Shown one piece after another: positions 1-13,088 of a DNA stretch of 33,000 bases. Numbering within the stretch: position 1 is the stretch's first letter; every line of letters starts with the position of its first letter. The translations under genes and the position numbers were made by a program. Where the stretch lies: the NCBI GenBank assembly GCA_964247055.1, contig OZ176052.1, forward strand, positions 2,945,001 through 2,978,000. The letters run 5' to 3'. The notes under the pieces are model-generated. The model searched no databases and had not been told where the DNA came from. It saw only the letters and a program-made list of their open reading frames with translations. Source of the DNA: Paragordius varius. Its lineage: Eukaryota > Animalia > Nematomorpha.

Positions 1-1159
1 AGGTGGGAGGTATGATATTTCTTCATTTTTTTTAAACTTTAATCTTTATTAGTTTTCTTATTTTTTGCATAAACGAATTTAAGATACTTTGTTGAAGCGT
101 ACTTCAAACTATTTTAGAGAATGATAACGGTGTAACGCTATAATATATAAATTAAACCCTTTTCCTAAATAATTCGATGATGTTGAACATTACTATAGGT
201 AATTTAAAGGTTTGCTTTCTTGCAAATGGTGAATTTTTGTAAAACACAATAATTCTGAGTGAGGAAAACGTATAGCATTATCGAAATACATATATAAATT
301 ATTAAATCTCATCCGTTTATATCGTTTCCATCATGCTGAAAATAGTATGAAGTAAGCTTCAACAAAATTTCTTTAAAAAATAAATTTTTGAAAGTATCCA
401 TTTTTTTGAAATATATTTAGTTGATATCAAAATTTAGCTTGTATTTAAAATTATTGCACAATTTCGAAATTTTTGCGTTTTCTTTGAGAGAACAGTCCAT
501 TTTTAAAAAAGCCAAAAAAATTGAGACTTTCAGAGCCCTTATCCAGCATTTTAAAAATTTTTAATATAATTTTGCTTTTTATATATAGTTTATAATATTT
601 TAGTAATTTGAAATAAAGCACTTAAATTGACCAAAAAATATAAATGAAAAAATTGCGCACCTTTTGCAATTTTATACGGAGCATCTACTACAAAAGTGTA
701 AATAATTTTCTTTAATAACTCGTAAAGGTTAAAAGCGCCATGATAATCCTGTTTTCCTATCAGAATATATATTTCATCAGGATATTTTTTTGTGGAAACT
801 TTGTAATATACTACACCGATGGTGTAAGAACAGGCAAAGTATGTTTTAATTTTGTACTGCGTCCAAGTCAAAAATATCTGGTCACATTATATATATATAT
901 ATATTCCATCAAAGTTTAAAACAAGTAATATTAAAACAATTTTTCCTCCCAAATCGATGCTACTGAAGATATAGATATACAAAGTTCTTGACCTCAAAAA
1001 TTTTTAAACATTAAATGTTTTTCCCTAATATATAATTAATTTGATAGTAGCAGGTAAAATTATTTTTCGTAAACATGTAAATTTATGTGATTATTATTTA
1101 CAAATCTACTATAAATTTTGCTTCGTAAAATTTAGAGGCTAATATATATTTTTATTGCT

Positions 1160-1223
1160 ATGCATTGCATTTTTTATACAACTATCATTATTGTAACTAC
1201 ATTTAATCATGAGATTTTATCAA
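1160..1223 (+). CDS. Cys-domain gene exon 1 (tentative signal peptide MHCIFYTTIIIVTTFNHEILS)
   Basis: ATG, hydrophobic stretch, phase-1 donor A|GTAAAT compatible with exon 2. Confidence 0.4.
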
Positions 1224-4200
1224 GTAAATTTAATTTAAATAAAAAAATTTAATTTTAATTAATTAATAATATTATATTTCAATGATCTTGGCTTCTAACA
1301 TTGGAAATGTTTTACTTAAGCGTACGATAAAATATAATACAAATCAAGAATAGTTAGTTTCGATACAAAATTTGGTAATTAAATGCTCCGGGACTTTATA
1401 AATAAATTTTATTACCAATGAAGTTTTTGGTATAAATTTTAAGTCAAAGTTAAAATTAGGCACATTCTCGCTGAATGAACGTCAGTATTACTTATACCGC
1501 TCACGAGCCGTATAAGGCATTCAATTAAATTTTCGAGCCAGAGATTTATATATTAAAATTTTAAAAATCTAACATTACATCAGCGGGATATGTTTCGGCT
1601 TACAACACAAAATTATGTAAGAATTCAATACTACGAATATGATGTGAAAAGAACACGGATTTCCTCATTTTATATAATGTGATACCTAATTTAACATATT
1701 TATATGTGTAACAGCCAAGTTTTTGATATAAATTTAAGTTATATTATTTTAGGTTTTTATTTTAAATACTGTCTTAGGAATAAATAAAAACGCAACTAGT
1801 TAAATTTATATCTCATGGTTTGGATAGTGTGGTCATAAAATGTTTCGTATTACAACAATTAAAAGTATAATTGATTTAAAACCTTTAATTAGGAGTTATT
1901 TAATATTTATAATTAGGTTTTTGCCATAGCAAATATTCACCATTTAAATACTGCCAAATACCGTCACATGGTTATTGCTACAAGGAGAAATTTTTCAACA
2001 ACACATGGGATTATGGGTAATATACTTAATACAACTCAATAACAAAATACCCAAAATTAGCATTTTATTTTTAATTATTGATTCAATTAATGTACGCCAT
2101 TATAATTAACGTCCCATGTCCCAAAATTATTTATACTGTATGGATATCATCAGATCTGGTTGTTCAGGTGTTTGCAATTTATTTTTACTTGGCTTTCTGA
2201 GTTATCCTTTATATTGATATGTATAAATAAAGAAATTTGTTTATCTTAAAATTTTTGAGAAGTATAATAAATATAAATTTTAAGACCGTTTGGTTGTTTT
2301 CCCTTGGACTTAATGAAGTAATTGCCGTTTTTATAATTAATAGATCAAAAATTTGTTATTAAAATAATTATATAAATTTTAAAATAAAGCTATTCAAGTA
2401 AATGACTATAAAAAAATTATGATAATGCAATTCAAGTATGATTTGATAGATACTATTATGTGGTAAAATTTTTACTGATGTCACAACATAATCAAAATTA
2501 TCGTTTAAAAAAATATAACATATTTTACAATTAAAATTATCGGGTATGTTTTGAAATACATACGAAATGAAGAATGCTATATATCCACATTAATACAAAT
2601 TAACCATACTTAACACACCAGAGATACCTTGTAGCATTTATCAGGATCTTTATTAAGAATCAATGACATAAAAAATTAGTAAATTAAAAATTATTTACAA
2701 TTTAAAATAATTTAAAATAATTTAATGCAATAACCTTTTTTTGTTAGAATTTTAGGTGGCACACATAACCTTATACTAAATTAATGCAATAATGAGATAC
2801 ATTAAATAGTATTTAAACTGCTCATGTATAATTTTTAATAACTGTGCATAAATATTATACTATATATTAGAATATTATTATAAGAGCGCTCCCTATATAT
2901 AAATAAATAGATGTATCAATTCGAGTTTGGAATGTGCACATATAGATTACCTTGCCATATTTAACCCAAACTCTGGCATAATCTCAGGGAAACAGTGTTG
3001 TAACAGTCATTTTTGTAATCGAATCATAAAAATTACTTTTCCCATGGGTAAACATATCTATCAATGTTTTCAAAAAGTTAAAAAATTAAAGGTTAACAGG
3101 ACTCGAAATATATTAAATTGCAATTTTATATCGATACATTTTAGAAATTAAATATAATTATTTATATACCGTGGTTATTACTTTAATTGAGTCTGATAAT
3201 CCGGTTAGTAATAATTTTGGGAATATAACCATTAAAAAACTTTAAAAATATTTTATTAAGTGATTAAAATTAATATAAAATGATATACAACATTTTTAAA
3301 ATATATTTATAAATGTTTAAACATCAAACTTGGCTTCTTATTAAAACTTTAAAACTTTTAACCGCAATGACACCCTAAACTGAGACATGCCTTTTTATTC
3401 AAGTTAATTATCTTTTACCATTTTGAAAACCCATTAACTACCTGTAATTCATAGTTTGTATATCACACGGTTATCGATTGTATACATAGCCAATCTATCA
3501 TACTTAAATTTTTGTGATGCAAAAATTAAGTTACTTATAAAACGGTTACTTCAAATTTTAAACGCGCTCATATAATTAAGTGATTTAAAATTTTTACAAA
3601 TTTTGTACAATGAAAAGGTTGCTTTTAATAAAGGTTTTCAATAATGTCCAATTAATTCCAACATTCAATTATATAAGGTATTGATGTGGAAGGGGAAGAT
3701 AATAAAAAGCAGAAATTATGTTTATGCACCAACTGTACAGGATTGGCAAAACATTTGTGCTCAACGGGCTTGTGTTACAGAAAAATCAATGCATTGGGAG
3801 TTACATATGGGTAAAACTATAATATAATAAATTTATTAGCCGTTAATTTGAGGCCTTTATGCACTAAAAATACGCCATCATATAGCGATTATTTAGTGTA
3901 GAGGTATTTTTTCGATAGATGATTCCAAATATTCTCCCTATAAAGGCAATAAATTTTTAGCGCTTTTTCTATATAGGCCTATGGTGACGGATCAACCGGT
4001 TTAAAACTGATACGCCCTACAAAAATGGCATTTTGGAGCATTTTCAAAATATTTAAGAAGCCATACAAGTTCAATAATGGCTTTAAATATTAACCATATA
4101 AAGGTAAAAATATAGAGCGGTTTTTTCCGTTAGCGTCGATTTGGGGCCTTTACACCGGTAAACAATATATTAGTATGAATGCACAGTTTTGACAATCCTA

Positions 4201-4365
4201 AGAGATAATAGCTATTAAATAATGTTTCGAAATAATCCACATATATGGATCATTTTATTGTCCCCTTTTTCAAACAGCCCACCCCCCCCCCCAGATTTCC
4301 GAAGGACTTTCTCGGAAGTAGCACGAGATTTACGCTAGTTTTTAAATAAAATAAAGGATACATGA

Positions 4366-4411
<46 letters not shown>

Positions 4412-7400
4412 AGGACTTGAACTTTTAAACATGTCTATTATGTAGATCAGGGCTTCTTAAACTATGGGTCGCGATCCCATTTGGGGTCGTGTAGCAAAAT
4501 TATGGGGGCGCGAGTGATAAAAATACAATTTAACAAAAAATGTTTTTTAACTTGTAAAATGATTGTTATAAAAAAACATAACAATCATCGTAGATATTAT
4601 AAAATTTTCTGGTTGGGAAAGACTGTTTATATCAAAATTTCTATTCCCATCATTATAATCTATGTAATTATAAAAATGGAAAATGATGGCTTTGTGATCT
4701 GTTTCTGGAAAACTGGTAGACCCATTCAAATCCAAATGTCAAAAAATAAAATCATTATGCACCGACAATAGCTTCGCTCATTTTTAGAATTAGGCTCCCA
4801 GTTCAGGCCCACCCCCTGTAAAAACGGAATTTTTTAACATAAGTCCATAAAAGTCGTGTTGAGGCAATTTTCCGGAAAAAGTGTTGGACCATTCCATTTC
4901 AAATATAATTTTATTTTACTTTTTTACGATTGCGCCGAACATAATCGGTTTACTTTTTTAATTTAGGCCCTCATTTTACCCGTTCCCCCCGTAAAATGCC
5001 ATTTTTTCAAAAAAAACTAAATTTTGCTCAGGATAAGAGACTGTTAAAATTCACTGAGGATTTCAGGTATTCCCTGTGGTCAAAATTTTAGTTTGTGTTT
5101 TGATTCTTTAATATTGGCTGCTGGGTAAACAGAACTGAGCCACTATATAGAAATTGTGTTGTTTTGGATCCAATTTACCTAAATACCCCTAGCTCGATAA
5201 AAATTGGGCTTTTTTTAGCCGTTAATTGGGGGCCTTTATGTACTAAAAATACGTCATCATATAACGATTATTTAACGTTGAGGTATTTTTTAACCCATGA
5301 GACGATGGTATCAAAGATGATTCCAAATATTCCTATAAAGGCAAAGAATTTAACTCAGCGCCTATCCCATATAGGTCTATGGGTAGGGGTCTACCGGTTT
5401 AATACTGGAGACGCCATACAAAAATGGCGTAGTTTTGGAGCTAATTTTCAAAAAACTTAAGAAGCCATACGAATTCAGTTAAAAATATTTCTGGGGATTT
5501 TGTATAATATCATTCTTTTCTTTCCTTTAAAAAGGGACCACAAATAATTTCCTATTTATATCCCTTGATCCCAGCAACGAAAATCTTAAAATAAAGTCAA
5601 TGATAGTTGAATATCTTTAATAAGGCAGAGATTTAATTTGGTCAATTTCGAGTAAACAATATTCGAGCCTATGCGAAAACCTGTAAAAGAATAATTAAAA
5701 CATTTATTTTAAAAATATGTTTTTATTATTTTTTACTCTATTAACTCTATTTATTGCAAAATTAAGAATAATTATCGGTGGGACTACGCTACAACGAACG
5801 TGACAGGGCCAGATAGTATCTCAAATAAATTTACTATTAATCAGAAAATGTTATAAAAATTTATAAAAAATGTATATTTATTTTTGTTAATTTATTAAAA
5901 CCGAAATAATCCTTATAAATATTTTCATCAAAATTTCTAAGTATTATTTCGAAAAAAACTCATATTTTTCTTTTATATTTGTTGGGGTCGTTAAGAAACT
6001 CGCAATCATAAATGGGGTCGTAAACTACAAAAGTTTAAGAAGCCCTAATGTAGATAATTGGTTTATTCTGCACAGGTTAACAGTGGAATATTACCTCTTT
6101 ACTATAAGGGGCCATTTATCTTAATGTCGTCAAAAACTTCGTCATTTTTCTTCTTTGTTAAAGGGGTTGTTTTCTTTGACTCTGCGGCACTCAAAATTAT
6201 TTTTTGATTGGTATCACTTTTTGATGTTTTAATTGGGTCAGCTAACAATATAATACGTTGGCTTCAAACAAATAAAGCGTATATGAATATTTTTATACTT
6301 ATTGACATTGTGAATTCAAATTCGTCTTTGTATTTAAAATGGCTACTTAATTCAAAATACTAAAGATTGTGTTGTTCATTTGTTTTGTATTTTATCATAC
6401 ATCAAGATTATTCATAAAATAAAATCCCTTTTTACCAAGAAGGATTTGTATATGTAATTTAAAAATTATCAAAATATTATACCATTAAACATTAAAAAAT
6501 TCTAAAGACGTAGGAGGCTAGAATTACAGTTGCGCTTTCCCAAAGAGAACATATTTTCTGAAAATAAGATTAAAAATACCAAAGCTAGTACAATTCACGT
6601 ATTATATTAACACTTCGATTCAAATTGGGGTATCTAAATACTCCAGACTATATTTAAATTAATATTTTAAAAAAACTACTGAAGGAAACAGTCCCAATTT
6701 AAATTTATGCTTCTATCCTGATAAAAATTATATAAATATGCCAAAATATCTTAATAATTTGTTTTGAAAAAAAAGTTCCATCTCAAACTACTTCAACGCC
6801 ATTTTTATTTTACAAAATCTTTGCAAAATATCGTCTTTATTTAATTTTAAGGGTATAAATAAAGCTAATTTTTTTTAATTTACATCTAACATTGAGAGAA
6901 ATAGAAAACGCGGTTTAGATATCTTTCTTCATTTTACAATTTGACACATGTAACATTGACCAAATTTTTACCTTTCGGTTTTATAAAATAAGTAATATTA
7001 AGTATTTTTGAATAAATTTTTTTATATATTTCGGTTTATTAATGTTATATAAGTGCAAAATTTTGCCATGGTTTAAATTCCTTCCATACTTTTTATAGTT
7101 TTTGATCTTAAACAGGCCTGTGGTATCCAAATACCCCAATATGAATCGGAGGACTAAAATAAGTGTGTTGTATCCAAGTGTTAAAAACAGTATTTTTAAT
7201 GGTTGTTTATTTCACACTATTGAATTTGCAACACAGTATAATATATGGCAAACAACAACATGTAGAATAAACAAACATTTTTATATTAAGATAATAATTT
7301 GTATTCTCGTAAAATTTATTAAAATCAAACTATATCCAAAATTTTCGATACATGAGAGTATCTTTTTCAATGGATTAAACTATAACAAAGGAAATTTTTT

Positions 7401-10400
7401 TTAATTAATCTTATTATTATTTTCCTTTGTTATAGTTTAATCCATTGAAAAAGATACTCTCATGTATCGAAAATTTTGGATATAGTTAGATTTTAATAAA
7501 TTTTACGAGAATACAAATTATTATCTTAACATAAAATATTCGTTCTCGATGACAATATAAACATTTTTATCCTTTCTTTTTTCCATACACTACTTTGTTG
7601 CAAATTAACCAACTATAGTGTAAAATAAGCAACCATTATAATGAATACGATTTATAATATCAGGTGCACTAATGATGGTTTCAATTTCTGCCCAGGACCT
7701 CCTAATATCAACCACTCTACCTCAACTCTGGTCTCTACTGTATATTGTTGCAACAATAGTCAATTATGCAATCTTGATCCTCACAAAATTAGATTAAATG
7801 ATCATCAATCTTTTGACTTAGGTTGTAATACTTAATTGTATTATTTTTTGTACATATTTATTTATAACTGCTTATACTAAAATAAAAGTGCTTTATTATG
7901 AAAATCTTTTGTTATTCGTGGGGCCCTTATAAAGTTGATTATGTCGAAAAATGTTGAAACCGAAATTTTTGTATTTAGAATAATTGGTTGGTTTAAAAAA
8001 TCAAAAAGAGTGATTTCCAAAAAAATAACTGGCTATGTTGGTTTCTATTGAAAGTTTCTGCCAAATTCTCAAGAACCATGTTTTATTTCATTCCTGGTTT
8101 TAAGGATACCAATCTAAATTACATATTTGTTAAAAATAATAATGTCTTTTTAAAATTGAAATAGAAAGAATTTATTTAATTATTATAATGCCAATCGCAT
8201 ATTCAGCAATTTTATTTAACATATTATATATCAAAAACACAATTGAATTAAACATTTTTATAACAATAGCAAGCAAATTTAGGGTTCGTAAAGTTAGATT
8301 CGAACGGTTAACATCCAACACAACTAATACCTACAACTTTAAATTTGTCAATTGGATTGGTGGAACACTCAGAGTCCAAATTTTCGAAATCTTTTCATTT
8401 GGTATTCGAGATGAAATGGTAATACACATTTACTATTGTTTTTTTTCGTAAAAGTTTAAATCAAAAAATTAAACAATCTTATTACATATCTGTCACCAAT
8501 CAATATTTTTAGTTTTCCATTTTAATGGTCTGTTATTTACATATATATATATGTAAAATTTACACTTCAATTCACCCTCAAACAATTCAAATTTACCCTA
8601 AAATAAATTATGTTTTTTAAGTTAAAAATTACCTTTATTGTTTAATATTTTTAAAAAATCAAATTTCGTTTTAAATTGACATATTACTGAAAAAATAACT
8701 ATGTCTAAGGTGACCAGATTTTTTGAAGGAAAAAGCTGGACAAATCTGAGGAGGGGGGTCATTGGGGGTACAACCAAAAATTTTTATACAAAAAATTTAT
8801 TGCAATATTTATTTTTTTTACATTATAAATATAAAGAAATTTGTACCTTATTCAATAAATTTACATGTGCACGAACAAAGGGTGAAGTGATTGTAATATT
8901 CTAGAAAAAAATAATAAAGACGAAATCATCACAAAGTGCGCTGGGTGATGCAAGAAGTGGCACAAAAAATATTTTTAACAATTTAGCGAATAATCTTAAT
9001 CAAAGCATTATTGTCAGATACACAGCGCTATTCAAACAGCTACTGATTTGTTACCCCTGGATGTGGAAAATATAGATGTTAAAATGGTTGGATATTGTAG
9101 AACTGTTGGTTAGCTCTTTTGCCAGCGATTGAAATATTTATAAAAATGTGATCTTCTAAAATCCTATTTTTTATCACATGACAAAGGTCAAAATTCCAAG
9201 TCAAAAAAGTTTAGAAAATAATTTTATACCATTACCTAATCGCAATATTATAAAGCATCCAGAAAAACAAGGCTCAATGAATAGCCAGAATATAAAAATG
9301 TTTTATACAAACAGAAACGATTATTTAGAGACAAGACGGTGCACAATGACACTTTTTTATGATGTCTCATTTTTAAATAAATATATTGAATGAAAACTTA
9401 TATTATGGACAACAGAAAATAATACGTAGGATAGAAATGGTTAAAATAATCATTTTTAAACAAATTATGTTCCATGAAATAATATTTTAATTGTAGAATT
9501 TGCATTATCTTTACCTGAACCACTGCTATTGAACGCGTTTTTCCACAGTAAATTAAGTAAGGACAGGGAATCAAATTAAAAATGTTGAATAAAAGCCATT
9601 TTATGTGTTCAAATATAATTTGACAAATTAAGACTTATACAATATTTTAAATAATTTTGTTTATTCTTTAACACAAAAACTTTAAAGAAAATATTTTATT
9701 TTTTGGTATATTTTTTGTTTGAGTGAATGCGTTTTAGCAGATTGTCATCTTTTTTTAAAATATTGTAGAAGTCTTCACAAGAATTTGTCAAATTATATTT
9801 GACAGATAAAACGACCTTTAAAGTTTCAACATTTAAATTTGGTTTTTCCGATGTCCACACCTGATTTACTGTGGAAAAAAACGCGCTCAGTAGCAGCGTT
9901 GGTTCCAGGTAAAGATAGTGCGAATTCCACAATTTTTATTTTTGTATGTATAGTTGGCTTCAAAATGATGAAATATTTCCAATCATTTCTTTTCTACTGT
10001 ATATTTTTCTTTTGTCCATAATTTAAGTTTGTCATTATTAATATACCTTTAAACTAATGATAATTCAGAAAAAAGATCATTTTCTAAAAGATTACTTTTT
10101 GAGAATTTTTGGGAGCAATTATAATCAAATGATTTTCGAACATAGCACCAATTAAATTCTGATTTTAATGTTATCCAATGAAAATGATCATTGAATTGCG
10201 TCGTCCAGTCTTCCAAATAATCTTTACAGTTTGTATAAAACATTTTTATATGGTACAGGATATCTTGGCGATTTATTAAGCCTTGTAATTATTTATTATA
10301 TTGCGGATGGTTAATGGTATAAAATTATTTTCTAACCGTTCTTGACATTGGAATTTTAGGTTACTAACTTCATTGGCTACTTCGATTGCCGAAATTGTCA

Positions 10401-13036
10401 CCTTCTATAAATTTAATAACATTTTGAAAGAGAGAAGCTAGGTTATGTAAGAATTCTAACCATATTTTTGAAAAAACTTTTACAAAACTTTTTTAAAGTT
10501 GTAGGACATTTGTCCTGTAAAAAAAAGATTTTAAAGGATCCATTTTTAAAATTCTTTCGATGGCTGGCATTAACCAACGAGTTTTACAATATCCAAGCAT
10601 TTTTTGATATTGAACTTCTGCATTTTCAAGGAATTCTTTAAGCGTTTCAACACGTACAGTGTATATATAAAAATAGGAATATATTTTAACAACTACATTT
10701 TCCACATCTAGGGGTAACAAATCAGCAGCTGTTTGAATAGCGTTGTGTATTATATGCGCTGCACACCCAACGCCAACAAGGTTTTGATTATGGTTATCTG
10801 TTGATTTATAAGATATATTTTTTGTTCCCATCCTTGCTTTTCCACCGAAGTTCGTATTGGTGTTGTCAGCACAATATGCGATGATTTTGTTTTGTCTTTT
10901 AAATTATTTTTCTCTAGAATAATGATTATTAAAGTAAAAATTATGTCGGAATTTTCACCGTGTGAAGAAATAAAACTATTTAATATTTACTCCGGTTTCT
11001 CATCAAAATATCTTATTAAAGTGGGAAATTTTGTTACCTTGTGATTTGATGCATCAGAGTATAGCGATATGATTTAATTTTCAACGAATCTTTTCGTATT
11101 TCAGAAAATGCATGTGGCGAAAGGACATTGCATAAGATGGCTTCAGCCTTTGTACGGGCACATGTAATTTTTTTATTAAATAAGGTACAAATAACCTGTG
11201 AGGTACAGTCCATAGATCTAAAGGAATGATTGTGATTAACGGCGTGAAAAGATAACACGCCCTCAGCTAGCGCCAAATTCTTTTCTTCCTCTCCAAAAGC
11301 GGTTTTTCGAAAAAAATCGTTCATTTTGTAAGATGATGCCGCCATATCTAAACATTTTTTATGTTTCTGTTTCCATATGCTTTGTAATATCATGCTTGCC
11401 GCCATGTGCTAGGGTGAATTCCCCCTCACATAAAGGACATTTAACAGATGATTTTTCGTTTTTTTGATAAAAGGAAAATCTTTCATTAATTAATCGTTAA
11501 ATTTACAACCTCTTTTTGTGCTCATATTTATAAACTACTATTAGTATAAAAAATATTAAATTACCTTAATTTTCTGGAATAAACGTGTAATGTACCAATT
11601 TGTGCTATCAATTTGTCTTTTAAGCTACCGATTTGTGGTATTAATTTGGCTTTTTAATAATGTTGGCAAGTAATAAAACTAAAATATTAGTATAATAAAT
11701 ATTATATTACCTTAATTTTCTGGAATAAACGTGTAAGGTACCAATTTTTCATATCAATTTGTCTTTTAATCTAGAGATTTGTGGTATTAACTTGGCTTTT
11801 TGATAATGACAATAGTAGTAGGAAGGAAAGTGTATAATCATATGATATAAATTCGAAAAAAATAAATATTTTTAATTTGAAAATAAAAAATTTTGATTTA
11901 AAATTTATATAGATTAAGATATTTAATAAATAATTTAAACGTATAAAAAAAATTTATTTGTATTAAAAAAAAATTTTTTTATATAATCGTGAAAAAGCGG
12001 GACATTTTAAAAACGTAGCGGGACGCGGGACAAAGTGTGAAAAAGCGGGACGTCTGGTCACCTTAACTATGTCGTAAAAATATATTTGATGTTAATGATG
12101 TGCTATAATAGCCCGAAAACAAAAATTTATTTATAGGGTGAATTTGAAGAGTAAATGGTATAATATATATATACAGTATGCATTTTAATGTATGTTCAGT
12201 AATTTTATTGCCAGTCCAATAATATAAATGGTTTATCCAATGCGTAAAATACTGACCCACGATATTATTTCGTAGTACACACATGAAAGAGGATTGACGT
12301 GAGAATTAACATAGGCTTTAATTTGATGGATATTTTGTAATGTTAAATTTTGAGAATATTATAGCAATTTATGTTAACATTTGTAATATTGTTGTTACGT
12401 ATTTAGATGCGGAATTTTGTGGGTTTTTATCTTTGATATATTAATAAATAGTAAAATACGTATTTTAAGATTTTTTATGCCAATTATTCCTAAAAATAAT
12501 AAATATTTTTTAACATGCTAAATACCTGTATTAATCGATATTTGTATTATAATTTTATATAGTTGTTATTACCACACAGGAAAATATATATTTTTGAAAA
12601 TTTAAGTAGATTTTAGATTTCATATATATATTTACCTGTGATTTTTTTAATTGGTAATAACAACTATATAAAATTATAATACCAATATCGATTAATACAG
12701 TTTAGCATGTTCAAAATATTTATTATTTTTAGGAATAATTGGCATAAAAAATCTTAAAATACGTATTTTACTATTTATTAATATATCAAAGATAATAACC
12801 CACAAAATTCCACATCTAAATACGTAACAACAATATTACAAATGTTAACATAAATTGCTATAATATTCTCAAAATTTAACATTACAAAATATCCATCAAA
12901 TAAAAGATATATTAATTCTCACGTCAATCCTCTTTCATATGTGTACGAAATATCGTGGGTCAGTATTTTACGCATTGGATAAACCATTTATATTATTGGA
13001 CTGGCAATAAAATTACTGAACATACATTAAAATGCA

Positions 13037-13088
<52 letters not shown>

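Larger units (their letters stand above)
8706..12065 (-). mobile_element. hAT superfamily (Blackjack-like) DNA transposon, 3.36 kb, decayed
   Basis: Perfect 13-bp TIR TAAGGTGACCAGA, perfect 8-bp TSD ACTATGTC (8698-8705, 12066-12073), subterminal GCGGGAC repeats, internal transposase remnants. Confidence 0.92.
8554..12160. mobile_element. TACCATTT-family MITE split by the hAT insertion (pieces 8554..8705 and 12074..12160)
   Basis: Left piece has ttcaattcaccctcaaacaattcaaatttacccta, right piece ends agggtgaatttgaagagtaaatggta; together they match intact copies at 14310 and 22425. Confidence 0.75.

Noticed and set aside
590-871. 93-aa minus-strand ORF and nearby exon-like stretches (199-228, 781-880)
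   Set aside because: No motif and no compelling link to either gene model.
1584-1616. 33-nt phase 1-1 micro-exon (GYVSAYNTKL, creating KLCFC) for the Cys-domain gene
   Set aside because: Good splice signals and a parallel to KLCLC in domain 2, but it is not needed for frame, gives domain 1 an odd Cys count and resembles a degenerate local repeat near 1840. Left out of the model but still possible.
4481-5460. ORFs 4481..4771, 4547..4735 and 5164..5460
   Set aside because: They lie inside a non-autonomous hAT element or repeat and show no recognisable motifs.
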